From Leucoraja erinacea (Eukaryota), in assembly GCF_028641065.1 (NCBI RefSeq), contig NC_073415.1:434001-498000 (forward strand): a stretch of 64,000 nucleotides of DNA, read 5' to 3'. The notes under the pieces were generated by a model, which made no database searches, was not told the origin of the DNA, and saw nothing but the letters and a program-made list of their open reading frames with translations. Numbering within the stretch: position 1 is the stretch's first letter; each line of letters begins with the position of its first letter. Shown here piece after piece: positions 1-12,365 of the stretch. The translations under genes and the position numbers were made by a program.

Positions 1-1049
1 TCCACTGGTCCAAAGCTTAACTGCAATAGATACTATTTACCAGCTGGAGTAAGCAGGTTCCTAATCTGCCCGAGACTGCTGTTCACTCAGTAGGGACTAT
101 TCCTTCAGCATTGCAACTGTGTGATACTGTTCGGGGGATTCCTGCAAGTATCCATTCACTCCGGATAAACAAGATCTCTACTCGTAGAAGCAAGGAACTG
201 TAGATGCTGGTTTATACCAAAGATAAACGCAAAGTGCTGGAGTAACTCAGCGGGTCAGGCAGCATCTCTGCAAGAAAAGGGTAGGTGACCCTTCTCCAGA
301 CTGAGGGTAGGGGTGGGTGGAGGAGTAGCTGAAGATCTCTACTTTCCCCCTTTATGAAGATCCATGCTTTTTATGCAGGCACAAGCAATTGCAGATAGAC
401 AAAAGTGCTGGAGAAACTCAGTGGGTGAGGCAGCATCTATGAAGCGAAGGAAATAGGCATCATTGCGTATTTCCTTCGCTCCATAGATGCTGCTGCACCC
501 GCTGAGTTTCTCCAGCACTTTTGTCTATCTTCGATTTTCCAGCATCTGCAGTTCTTTCTTAAACAAGGAATTGCAGATACTAGTTTACAAAAAAGACACA
601 ATGTGCTGGAATAATTTAGCAGGTCAGGCAGCATCTATGGAGGACATGGTTAGGTGACGTTTCGGGTTCTGTCCCCTCATCTAAAGGGGGTCCCAACCCG
701 AAAGGTCGCCTATCCACGTCGCCCAGAGATGCTGTCTGACCCACTGAATTACTCCAGCACTATAGAGAGTTTCTTGTTACACAAATGCTGGTAGAATTTA
801 CCGTCCAATTTAATGATGAGCCCTTGGCTCCTGGAATCTCCGAATCAAAACACAAAGTGCTGGAGGAACTCAGCGGGTCAGGCAGCATCTGTGGAGAGAA
901 TGGTCAAGCGTTGTTCTGGAATTTCCGCCTGAGTCCACACTTTTATCTACTTATTCTGCGAAACCCGAAAACATACAAAGATAGCCTGCACATGCGCAAT
1001 GCTGTTAAACCCAGAACTTTTAAGTGCTACACGATTTCTGGAAGGTTAA

Positions 1050-1275
1050 TGCCCCTGTCCCACTTAGGAAACCTGAACGGAAACCTCTGGAGACTTTGCG
1101 CCACACCCAAGGTTTCCGTGCGGTTCCCGGAGGTTTTTGTCAGTCTCCCTACCTGCTTCCACTACCTGCAACCTCCGGCACCCACCTGCAACCTCCAGGA
1201 ACCGCACGGAAACTTTGGGTGGGGCGCAAAGTCTCCAGAGGTTTCCGTTCAGGTTTCCTAAGTGGGACAGGGACA
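1050..1275. mobile_element. Palindromic Harbinger-type MITE
   Basis: TGCCCCTGTCCCACTTAGG...CCTAAGTGGGACAGGGACA with long inverted arms and TAA TSD. Near-identical copies at 26389-26602 (TTA TSD) and 61351-61576. Confidence 0.85.
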
Positions 1276-1669
1276 TAAGCATCCCCTTTTTTAAACATTA
1301 TTAAAAAGGGGCATTTATAGCTTTGCCTTTGTACAATGGGAAATTAATTTTCAAATTAAACAGTATAAATGAACACACACACACACACCTTATGAATCAT
1401 TAAAACACCCAGGACTTAAAAGATAATTGCTACATTAACTGCTGTTTCCGTTAAAAGAACAAAAAAAGGGGGGAAATAATAACAACAAAACCATTCTAAC
1501 TTAGAAAAATCTGTAAAGCACAACTCATTATTTTTTTTACAGTACTTTAAATCAATGTAAACACACATTGGTTAAGATAAGGCATGAAGACTTCGATCGC
1601 CAGCTCGTACATGGGATATTCCTGTTTTAGAGACACTATTTTCCCTGAGGCGCCCGTGATTGTGGCTGA

Positions 1670-1706
<37 letters not shown>

Positions 1707-2231
1707 ACAGCGGATTTCAGCTCACCCCCCACCTTCCACCCCCCCCTCATCTCTCCCCACCACTCATTGTCCAAGAGATTTCGTTGTTCAGTGCAGGTCT
1801 CCAGATGCAGTGACTGAGTGGCTCCCAGCGGCGTTCTGCCCAGGGACATCCCTGCGTCTCCATCTGTGGACAGTCCGACAAAAGGTGCTTGTTTCCCCCG
1901 AAGACCAAGTTTGTGGGAGCTGAGCTGCTTCCAGCTCTCCTGCAGGGAAGCTCGGCAAAGCCCAGGGCTCCCGAGGCAACGTGCAAAAAGCCTCGGTTCA
2001 AAAAGCGCAGCAGAGTTCAAAGTCAGTTTTAAATTTAAAATTTACTCCCTTTCAAATTTACACTAGCAAAAAAAAAAAAAAAAAATATGACATTATTTTT
2101 TTTTTTAAGCCATTTGGATATTATTTTTTGGGTCAGATGGCCATCAAATATTTTGAGTCGGAGCTTCTACTCTAGTTCGGCGATTTAAAAACAAAAATGT
2201 AGTCAACCACAAGCATGGTTTGGCAAGGTTA

Positions 2232-2463
2232 AGGGCCTGTCCCACTTTCACAACCTAATTCACGACCTCTGCCGAGTTTGCCCTTGACTTATACTCGCAG
2301 CATGGTCGTCACGAGGTCGTAGGTAGGTAGGTCGTACCAGGTCGTGATGCTAATCGTGGGTACTCGTGGCATCAAGTAGGTCGGGGCCCTTTTTCTAGCC
2401 TGATGAAAAATGTCCACGAGTAAAAAAGGTTGTGAATTAGGTGGTGAAGGTGGGACAGGCCCT
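2232..2463. mobile_element. Harbinger-type MITE in the CDKN2D 3' region
   Basis: TIR AGGGCCTGTCCCAC / GTGGGACAGGCCCT, TTA TSD. Confidence 0.85.
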
Positions 2464-2506
2464 TTAAAGTGAGGAGATGTTAGTCAGTGTTGCAGCCACC
2501 TGTGTA

Positions 2507-2881
2507 TCAGTGCAGGAACTGGGTTCCCGTTGCTTGCAAGTATTCCTCCAACCACTCCGCCACCTCAGTTCTACCGGAAGCCCTCGCCATGTCCAGCGCG
2601 GTGTGCCCACTGGAGTTCTTGCGCCAGAAGCACGACTTCGTAGCCAGGAACTGAACGAGGCCAAGATGGCCCTCTTGGGCGGCGAGGTGGATCGGCAGAC
2701 AGCCCGAGGCGTCCTTTATGTCCATGTTCGCGCCGTACTCAACCAGGACCATCATGGTGTCCAGGAAGCCCGTACGGGCCACATCGTGCGCTGGGGTGAA
2801 GCCATTCTTATCCTGGATGTTGGGGTCCGCCCCATTCTTCAGCAGCTCCTCAGCCACAAAGCTGCAGCCCATCATCATCAC
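2507..2881 (-). CDS. CDKN2D: CDKN2D coding exon 2 (124 codons plus stop)
   Basis: Acceptor ctcag|GTG, then [24 protein letters not shown]...[11 protein letters not shown]...[11 protein letters not shown]...[15 protein letters not shown] and PIHLAxQEGH plus a fifth ankyrin repeat match p19. Total 166 aa; intron 2882-11097. Confidence 0.93.
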   Translation of the reverse strand: MMMMGCSFVAEELLKNGADPNIQDKNGFTPAHDVARTGFLDTMMVLVEYGANMDIKDASGCLPIHLAAQEGHLGLVQFLATKSCFWRKNSSGHTALDMARASGRTEVAEWLEEYLQATGTQFLH

Positions 2882-5800
2882 CTGAGGGGGAGATAGACAC
2901 GAGATTAGGATGCCGTGCTTCGGTTTAGCAATTCAAGTTTAATTTTGTACCACATCAGATTGCGTAACAGTCCTTGCACCAGTTTACCTTCATCATTGTA
3001 AATGTTATATCAGTACCACTTGTACTGTTGCCATTCAGCCGGCAACATCCGTGCTGAGCTCGAGCTGGCTTCAAGGATGTGCGAAAAAACTGGAACATCA
3101 GGGAGAAACCCACACAGTTCATGCAAATTCCACGTAGGCAACACCCGAGGCCAGGTCTAAACCAGAGTCCCTGGTAGCAGGGCCAACAGCCAGCCACTCT
3201 GTTACCGAGTTTCCATTATTTCAGTCAATACAGAGACCAGTTCAGTTTAGTTTATTGTCACGTGTACCGAGGTACAGTGAAAAGCTTTTTGTTGCGTGCT
3301 AACCAGTCAGCAGAAAGACAATACAGGATTACAATCGAGCCATTTACAATGTATAGATACATGATAAGGGAATAACGTTTAGTATGGGGAGAGGGCAGGC
3401 ATGGGTTATTGATAGGGATAATCAGTGATGATCACAATGAATGGCGGTGCTGGTTTGAAGGGCCGAATGGCCTCTTCCCTGCACCTATTTTCTATGTTTC
3501 TATGTACAAGGTAAAGCCAGCGAAGTCCGATCAAGGATAGTCCGAGGGTCATCAGAGGTAGATAAGGATGATGTTTTGCATGCTATCCAAACACATTACT
3601 CCAAAGATATACAAGTTTGTAGGCCAATTGGCTTGGTATAAATATAGAATTGTCCCTAGTGTGTAGGATAGCGTTAATGTGAGTGGATCGCTGGTCGATG
3701 CAAACACAGTGGGCCAAAGAGCCTGTTTCTGTGCTGTATCTCTAAACTAAACTAGATCAGATAATACTATACGACTTAATTAATGCGCTGTCATATATAT
3801 GGGTTTGAAGATGGTTCACAACCCGAAACGTCACCCATCTTTTTACTCCAGAGGTGCTGCCTGACCCGCTGATTGACTCCAGCACCCTGTGTCTATCTTC
3901 AGATAATGCTACACATCAATACAATTAAGGCAAACATGTACAATAGGGGAAGATACAGAGTGCAGGATATAGTTCTCAGCATTGTAGTGCATCAGTTCCA
4001 CAAAGTCCAATGTCCGCAATGGGGTAGAGGTGAATAGGACAGTACCCTAGCTTGTGGAAGGACCGTTCAGAAGCCTGATAACAGAGGGGAAGAAGCTGTT
4101 CCCGAGTCTGGTGGTGCGCGCTTTCAATCTTCTGCCTGAAGGGCCTGTCCCACTGTACGAGGTAATTCAAGAGCTCTCCCGAGTTTAAAAAAAAAATCAA
4201 ACTCGTGGTAGGCACGTAGAATGTACGTAGCGGGTACGTCGGAGCTCGGGAGCGTCTCTTAGCGGCTCGTAACGCTAACGGCAGGTACTCGGGAAACGCG
4301 GTAAGCTCGTGAAGATTTTTCAACATGTTGAAAAATGTCCACGAGAGCCCCGAGTACCTACGAGCGGCTATTAGCGTATTTCTCCGAGTTCGAATCAGGG
4401 GAAAACGCAGGAGAGCTCTTGAATTAGCTCGTACAGTGGGACAGCCCCAAATCTTGCAACCACCAACACCACAGATCACCAAGGCTTTTGAAATAGACAG
4501 CCGATAGGGCATTGACCCCTGACGAGGCAATGTGTGTGGATGATAAATCCTGGCCTTGACAGCACCGCTCACAAATAACGACCCAAACGTCACCTATTCA
4601 TTCTCTCTAGAGCCCGCTAAGTTACTCCAGCACATTGTGTCTATCTTTGGTATAAAGCAGCATCAGCAGTACCTTTTTATTACAAGTAGTGAGTCGGTTT
4701 AGACGACCAATGCAGCAAAGACACAAACCCTGCGATCCACTGAGTCCATGCTGGCCATCGTCCATCTATTTACACTTGGATTTTGCATACAGCCTGTCAG
4801 CTAGTCAGCCATTGCCAGCAGCCTTACAACAAGGTCCAGCCACAAGAGCTCAGTAACAATTCCAAGGTCAGATGCACTAATTGGCCTTATCTACAGACTG
4901 GTTATGATTGATGAGAATGTAGGTAGAAGGGGCTTGTGGAATGAACGTGACACAAGGTGGCTGGCTCAGCTCAGAGGCGTTTGTTCTTTGCTTGCTGTCG
5001 TGGGATTCAACAGTTCCTACACACACTTTCTCATCCACTCCCCCTTCATACTAGGAGTAACCTCCCCAAGGCCAATTAACATACAAGCCTGCATATGTTT
5101 GGGATGTGGGAGGAAACCGGAGTATGTGGAAGAAACCCATGCAGTCACAGGAAGAATATGCAAACTTCACACAGACAGCAACTGAAGTCAGGTTCGAATT
5201 TGGCTCTACCCACTGCATCACTGTGTTGGTGGAATTCTCTGCCTCAGAGGGTCGGTTCTCTGGATGCTTTCAAGAGAGAGCTAAATAGGGCTCTTAAAAA
5301 ATAGCGGAGTCAGGGGATATGGGGAGAAGGCAGGAACGGGGTACAGATTGGGGATGATCAGCCATGATCACATTAAATGGCGGTGCTGGCTCAAAGGGCC
5401 GAATGGCCTACTCCTGCACCTATTGTCTATTATACTATCATGGCGTTTATGAAACATTTAGACAGGTACATGGATAGGATAGGTTTGGAGGGATATGGGC
5501 CAAACGGGGATATGGGCAGGTGGGACTAGTGTAGAAGGGACATGTTGGTTGGTGAGGGGAAGTTGGGCCGAAGGGCTTGTTTCTACTCTGCATGACTCTA
5601 GATGCTGCTGGCTGACCCGCTGGGTTACTCCAGCTCATTGTGTCTGTCAAGAACATGACTAGTCAGTTTCCCTCCCAAAGGCTCACAGTGATGGTCTGAC
5701 AGTACTCGAGGGCTGGATCTGGAGAATTGGGTTGGGGTTCTAAGGGCTTTGGTGCACAGGGTGTTATTTTAAAACTGAACATTAGAGAAGGAACCAGAGG

Positions 5801-6413
5801 ATAGAAGTTTAACTGCTGGGTGGATTCCGACTGCATAATTAGAGGGCACCACAATGCAAATAGTACCCTCTCTGCCAGTACATGTCTAATGTATTTCCCG
5901 TTACATTCAGTTTAAAAACAAAAGTCATATGGATTATCATGTGGGAAGGAACCGCAGATGCTGAAGATAGACACAACATGCTGGAGTAACTCAGAGGGAC
6001 AGGTAGCATCTCTGGAGAAACGGAATAGGTGATTTATTGGGTCGAGGGAAGGGTCTGACCCGCTGGGTTACTCCAGCTGTTTGTGTCTGTCAGATGGCAT
6101 ATACATTTGTGCAGGAAGGAAATGCAGATGCTGCTTTAAACCGCAGATGGACACAAAATGCTGAAGTAAGTCAGAGGAACTGGCAGCGTCTCCGGGCAGA
6201 AGGAATGGGTGACGTTTCGGGTCAAGACCCTTCTTCAGGGCGAGCTTTTTGTGTCTATCTTTGGAGTATACGTTTGTCCATTTGTCAAAATAGTGATGTG
6301 CCCCATGGTGGCAACATAGAGTCAGCTGGGGAGAGGAGGAGGAGGGGGAAGGGTTGGTGGCGGAGGGAGGATGGGGGAGGTCTGGCATCAGTTGGCAACT
6401 TTCCCTGTATAAC

Positions 6414-7092
6414 NNNNNNNNNNNNNNNNNNNNNNNNNNNNNNNNNNNNNNNNNNNNNNNNNNNNNNNNNNNNNNNNNNNNNNNNNNNNNNNNNNNNNNN
6501 NNNNNNNNNNNNNNNNNNNNNNNNNNNNNNNNNNNNNNNNNNNNNNNNNNNNNNNNNNNNNNNNNNNNNNNNNNNNNNNNNNNNNNNNNNNNNNNNNNNN
6601 NNNNNNNNNNNNNNNNNNNNNNNNNNNNNNNNNNNNNNNNNNNNNNNNNNNNNNNNNNNNNNNNNNNNNNNNNNNNNNNNNNNNNNNNNNNNNNNNNNNN
6701 NNNNNNNNNNNNNNNNNNNNNNNNNNNNNNNNNNNNNNNNNNNNNNNNNNNNNNNNNNNNNNNNNNNNNNNNNNNNNNNNNNNNNNNNNNNNNNNNNNNN
6801 NNNNNNNNNNNNNNNNNNNNNNNNNNNNNNNNNNNNNNNNNNNNNNNNNNNNNNNNNNNNNNNNNNNNNNNNNNNNNNNNNNNNNNNNNNNNNNNNNNNN
6901 NNNNNNNNNNNNNNNNNNNNNNNNNNNNNNNNNNNNNNNNNNNNNNNNNNNNNNNNNNNNNNNNNNNNNNNNNNNNNNNNNNNNNNNNNNNNNNNNNNNN
7001 NNNNNNNNNNNNNNNNNNNNNNNNNNNNNNNNNNNNNNNNNNNNNNNNNNNNNNNNNNNNNNNNNNNNNNNNNNNNNNNNNNNNNNNNNNNN
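6414..7092. other. Assembly gap (others at 34846-35191, 35556-35755 and 41419-41593)
   Basis: Runs of N. Confidence 1.
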
Positions 7093-8331
7093 TGTCCCCT
7101 CCCTGCAACACAGCTGGAGGATAATGTCAACATTCTCCGCGCCCGTCTTCCTGTCTGCCTGCCTCTCGCAGCTGCGGAGAAGTGCAGACATCTCAATTAC
7201 TACCTTCACCCTGCATTGTGATGATCTGGCTCCAATAACAACCCCAAGGCACACGACTTCTACCAAGTCAATCCTTCCGCACTGGGCAAGAGACGTTCTC
7301 AAGAGCTTTAACAAGAAAAAAAAAATGTAGACACAAAATGCTGGAGTAACTCAGCGTGAAAGGCAGCATCTTTGGTGAGAAGGAATGGGTGACGTTTCAG
7401 GTCGAGACCCTTCTTCAGACAGTAAAAAAAGTGACCTTTCTGACAGCGGAGGAGGCCCAGGACAGAATGAGGTCAAACGCAAATTGGAGGAACAGCACTT
7501 CGGCAGCTTACAGCCCAGTGGTATGAATATTGATTTCTCTAACCTCAAGTTATCCTTGCTTTCCCCCTCTCTCCATCACTCCCCCACCCTAGTTCTCCAT
7601 CTAGTTTCACTGTTGGCCTGATTAATTCGTCCCACATTCCCCTCAGCCAACAATGAACCAATCTACATTTCCTTGAACATTGTCCACTTTGATTTGTCCT
7701 TTTCACACCATAAATGTCTTTGTAACCTTCCATATATCGAGTTTCCATCTCCCCTCACTCGAAGTCTGAAGAAAGGTTTTGACCCAAAACGTCACCCATT
7801 CCTACTCTCCAAAGGTGCTGCCTGTCCCGCTGAGTTACTCCGGCATTTAATGTGTATCTTCGGCATAAACCACACAATTAAAAAAGTGTTTCCTGCAGCA
7901 AATGAGGTCTGGCGTTCAAAGTTTTGCAGCATTCAACACAGTAGCTTATCTTCCACACTCTGTAAGGATCCCATCCAGGAACAGCCAGATGTTGACTCAT
8001 GAGACATTCGTGAAGCCTTTTATCTTCCGAAGTGTCCACCAGGGACTTTACTGGAAGTTGGACAATTTATACTGGACAAGTTTTACATTTATCAAGCCAT
8101 TTAACCAACAAACCCGTACGTCTTTGGAGTGTGGGAAGAAACCGAAGATCTCGGAGAAAACCCACCCAGGTCACGGGGAGAAAGTACAAACTCCATACAG
8201 ACAGCGCCCGTAGTCGGGATCGAACCCGGGTCTCTGGCGCTGCATTTTCGCTGTAAGAGCAACTCTACCGCCGCGCCACAAGCCACATGTAGAGTTTGTA
8301 TTCAGTTTTGGTCACCTTGTTATAGGAAAGA

Positions 8332-8658
8332 CTAGATTAAGTGGGACCCGTTGGGTCCCAGCATCACACATGAGGGCTGGTCACCCAACGCAATATTCCA
8401 TGCTTCCTCCATCTCGCTGGGTTTTATAGTCCCTCCCCCCTGCCACCAGCGCGGGCAGCAGAGAGAATGGCGACATTTTGAAAAACATTAATAACTCTCT
8501 GATTTTTCATCAATGGGAAAAATCCTCCAGTCCAATCCGGCGGCGGGGGACTCTTGAGCGAGGTGGCAAAAAATGACAGCCGTAAGTGGCGGCGTTCTTT
8601 CAGAAATCACGAACAGAAAGTCAAAAAGTGGTCAAGACCTTAGTTTTAGTAATATAGA
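8332..8658 (-). mobile_element. Non-autonomous Helitron (327 bp)
   Basis: On the minus strand it starts TC and ends with the hairpin GGGACCC-AAC-GGGTCCC followed by CTAG. It is inserted between A and T with no TSD, in a CR1 fragment that rejoins cleanly (YRKD/VVKLERAQRRF). Confidence 0.85.
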
Positions 8659-9721
8659 TGTTGTTAAGCTGGAAAGGGCGCAGAGAAGATTTATAAGGAT
8701 GTTGCCATGACTTGAGTGGCGTTGAGAGGGAAAAGTAGATCGACCATGATCACACCATCGGAAACTGGACCACCGTCATAAGTTGTAGGAGCAGAATTAT
8801 GCCATTCGGCCCATCAAGTCTAGTCCGCCATTTAATCATAGCTGATCTATCTTTCCCATTCAACCCCATTCTCCTGCCTTTTCTCCATAACCCTTGACAC
8901 CCTTACTAATCAAGAACCTATCATTCTCCACCTTTAAAATATCCATTGACTTGGCTGCTACAGCCTGATGTGGCAATGAATTCCACAGATTCACCACCCG
9001 CTGACTAAAGAAATTCCTCCTCATCTCCTGCCTAAAGATACGTCCTTTAATTCTGAGGCTGTGTCCTCTGGTCCTAGACTCTCCCACTAGTGGAAGCATC
9101 GTCTCCACCATCCACTCTATCCAGGCCTTTCATTGGACTGGTCTACACCCAACACCTTCAGGAGACACAGCACTGGACTGAAGGCCAACAGCGTCAGGAA
9201 GACCAAGATCATTGACCATGCCTATGACATTAAGTTATAGACACAAAATACTGGGGTAACTCAGCGGGACAGCTGGCATCTCTGAAGAACGTGGATGGGT
9301 GACGTTTTGGGCCAGGACCCTTCCTCAGGGGGCTGAAGATGGGTCCCAACCTGAAACGCCAGTCTGACCAAGGGCCCCGATCAGAAACATTGCCCATCCA
9401 CATTCTCCAGAGATGCTAAAGTTACACACAGTAGTAACTCAACAGGTCAGGCAGTATCTCTGGAGAACTTGGATGGGCGATGTGTTGGGTCGGGACCGTT
9501 CTTCAGACTGAAACTAGAGTGGGGTGGAATACCCGGAGGTAGGAAAATGCCGCTGTGTTACTGGATTAATCCAGCACTGTGTCTTTTTTTGGTATAAACC
9601 AGCATCTGTAGTTCCTTCCTACACATTGTTTAATGTTCCAATCCCCTCTTACTACACCTCTGCCAATAGTCTATCCTTCTGAAACTCAACAACGTACCTC
9701 GGTGACTGCCAATCAATCACC

Positions 9722-9758
<37 letters not shown>

Positions 9759-11097
9759 ACACTTATTATTTTTTTATTCAAATCGTTTGCTATGTCGCTC
9801 TTCAAGGGAGATGCTAACTGCATTTCGTTGTCTCTGTACTGTACACTGACAATGACAATTAAAATTGAGTCTGAATCTAAATCTGTTGTCATTGTATTCT
9901 TCAGACACAAAACCCTGGAGTAACTCAGCGGGCCAGATGGCATCACTGGAGAGAGGAATAGGTGACGTTTCGGATCTATCTTCGGTTTAAACCAGCAATT
10001 GCAGTCTGAAGAAGGGTCTCGACCCTAAACGGCGCCCATTCCTTCCCTCCAGAGATGCCGCCTGTCCCGCTGAGTTACTCCAGTATTTTGCATCTATGGG
10101 CAGTTCCTTCCCCTACATTGTGTGCTGGTTCTCATGAAACGTGAATTACGATGCTTTCAAACCACCTCCACATATTCAATCTTAATTCCAGATTTAAAGA
10201 CTTGTTACGATTCTAAAAATCTAGAACTTGTCACTTCTGAATTAAAGAATCAATTATAATGGGCGCGGAGCAACACTGTGGCGTAACCCCAGACTAATGA
10301 CACAAGAGCACAGGGGTTGCGTTTCAAATTATTTTACAACTACTGAAGCGATAGTAGTGTATTTTTTTAAATTCCAGGAACTAGCCGATCGTTCACTGAT
10401 GAAGAATGCCAACACCCACTATCCGCCCGATTCTGGCTCCGCCCTTTCAATAGTAATGTGTCACTGATGTATTTCACAATGATGGTGCCTTTTAAATCTT
10501 TTAAAAAAAAAATCTAACAGCCGGATCTCTCGGCTACGTCTCTTGTTCCACGAATCTCATCCACCCTGGCAACTCTGAAAATAACACGTCTGTTTTAAAA
10601 GGCCGGCGAGTTTCCAAATTGGAATTGCGGTCCCAAAGCGAGCCGGGAGGCAGTTTCATTCACAAAATGTTACGATACATTGGGGGGGGGGGGGTTACAA
10701 ATTTTAAAAAATTGCGCTCAAACCTTCGTCTGTTTACCCGCCGCCTTTTCACACACATACATACACACACACAGCCAGAGATGAATGTTCCCGAGCAAGC
10801 TTACACGAACAGCGACTGATGTTCACAACATATCAGAGGCGTTGACAGCTCAAATACATACACACGCAGTAAATACATCTGCAGTTATTATTAATTATTA
10901 ATTAAGCAGGAACGTAATTTTCTTAAGAGCTTTAAATTCAACAAATCTCCGGAATACAATAAAATACGATTAGAAAGAGGAAAAATACGGATTCTTTTTT
11001 TTTTTTGCAAATGCGAAATTCATAATTACTTTCCCACAGCCCGGGATAATCTGCAAAGACTATACATTGATGTGACTTATTTTGAGGCGGCACCAAC

Positions 11098-11223
11098 CTG
11101 CAGTGCGGTATGTCCGTATTTATTAACCGCATTGACATTCACCTTCTCTTCGTTTAGAAGACGTTTTACCTCTCGCCAGTTGCCTAGCACCGCAGCACTG
11201 CTTAGCTCTTTGGCGCCGTACAT
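11098..11223 (-). CDS. CDKN2D: Cyclin-dependent kinase inhibitor 2D (p19INK4d), coding exon 1 (42 codons)
   Basis: ATG at 11223 gives MYGAKELSSAAVLGNWREVKRLLNEEKVNVNAVNKYGHTALQ, an INK4 first ankyrin repeat. It ends at a CAG|GTTGGT donor in phase 0, at the usual INK4 intron position (TALQ/VMM). Confidence 0.93.
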
Positions 11224-11229
11224 GCTGTT

Positions 11230-11291
11230 GTTTGCTTTGCCCCCGCTCTCTCCCTTGCACAGAGCCGGAGAGTGCCGGTGTGAGGAGAGGG

Positions 11292-11323
<32 letters not shown>

Positions 11324-11600
11324 GTGGGGATAGAGAAGAGCAGCCGCAGCCTCGGCTCTGCTCGGCCAACCTTCCCGGAAGCGCTGGGCGACTGAGTGAC
11401 AGCCCGCCGCCCAATCCCCGCGCCGCGCGGCCGCCGTCGCCCCTGGCAACGCGTGAAATGGATACACGGCGTTCGGAGGCTCGGCCGTGGACCAATCAGA
11501 GCGCGGCGCCGGCGCCAATGGCAACAATGCCGCCTGACGTCATGTGTTTTTGTTACTTCCCCCCCCACCCCCCGGACGCAGGCGCGGGGACTCCCCTGTC
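11230..11600. promoter_or_regulatory. CpG-rich, probably bidirectional promoter
   Basis: High CpG density. CCAAT at 11411, 11492 and 11515; perfect CRE TGACGTCA at 11535-11542; RFX X-box-like GTCGCCCCTGGCAAC at 11436-11450 and GGCGCCAATGGCAAC at 11511-11525; STAT-like TTCCCGGAA at 11372-11380. Lies between two divergent genes. Confidence 0.75.
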
Positions 11601-11604
11601 CAAA

Positions 11605-12365
11605 GATCCCTGTCCGCCCTGAACAGCTGAACATGGAGCTGGAGCAAGGAGTGTCTGTCCGCCCTGAACATAGAGCCTGGAGTTGGAGCAAGGAGCGTCT
11701 GTCCGCCCTGAACATAGAGCCTGGAGCCGGAGCGAGGAGCGTCTGTCCGCCCTGAACACGGAGCTGGAGCTGGAGCAAGGAGCGTCTGTCCGCCCTGAAC
11801 ATAGAGCCTGGAGCTGGAGCAAGGAGTGTCTGTCCGCCCTGAACACGGAGCTGGAGCAAGGAGTGTCTGTCCGCCCTGAACGTAGAGCCTGGAGCCGGAG
11901 CAAGGAGTGTCTGTCCGCCCTGAACACGGAGCCTGGAGCTGGAGCTGGAGCGAGGTCCGTCCTGTCAGCCACGGACACTGGAGCTGGAGCGTCTGTCACC
12001 CCTGAAGCGAGTCTGGAGCTGTCTGTCAGCCCTGAACCTGGAGCCGGAGCGAGCATCGTCTGGTCGTCCTCAGCCCGGAGCCTGGACAACGGAGCCCAAG
12101 TCCGCTCTCTAGCCCGTAGCTGGAAATACGGAGCCTGTTCCCGGAGCTGGAACTCCTGTCCGCCTTGAACACCGACCTGGAGCCGGAGCCCTCAGATGGA
12201 ACACGGAGACTGGAGCCTGGACGCTGGACCCAGAGCGAGAAGCCCCTGTCCGCCTGGAGCTGGAGCCCCTGTCCGCTCGGAGCCTGCAGCTGAACCCGGA
12301 GCAAGGAAGGAGCCTCTGGCCGCGCAAAGCCGGAGCCCGTGTCCACCCTGATCACTGAGCCTGGG
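11605..12365. repeat. GC-rich ~44-bp minisatellite, degenerating towards the 3' end
   Basis: Core TGTCCGCCCTGAAC recurs at 11611, 11656, 11700, 11744, 11787, 11831, 11868 and 11912; degenerate GGAGCYGGAGC units continue to ~12360. Confidence 0.9.

Noticed and set aside
785-1282. Recurring ORFs [16 protein letters not shown] on both strands
   Set aside because: By-product of a palindromic MITE.
1673-1705. Poly-G runs as functional G-quadruplexes
   Set aside because: Similar G/C homopolymers recur (9724, 16567, 47695), their lengths are unreliable, and there is no further evidence.
2507-2881. Calling the INK4 gene CDKN2A/B because of VMMMG
   Set aside because: RTGFLDT, PIHLAxQEGH, five ankyrin repeats and the 166-aa length fit p19/CDKN2D better.
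2477-2896. 139-aa plus-strand ORF, or an ARF-like overlap
   Set aside because: It is simply antisense to CDKN2D exon 2, with no independent support.
6037-7314. Long ORFs of 250-440 aa here and at 34620-35954
   Set aside because: They span N-gaps and low-complexity DNA. Only 35756-35898 looks like a real exon.
11605-11960. CRISPR-like array, or a repeat-protein ORF (11077-11859)
   Set aside because: Eukaryotic minisatellite without unique spacers. Only the 126-nt segment 11098-11223 of that ORF is CDKN2D exon 1.
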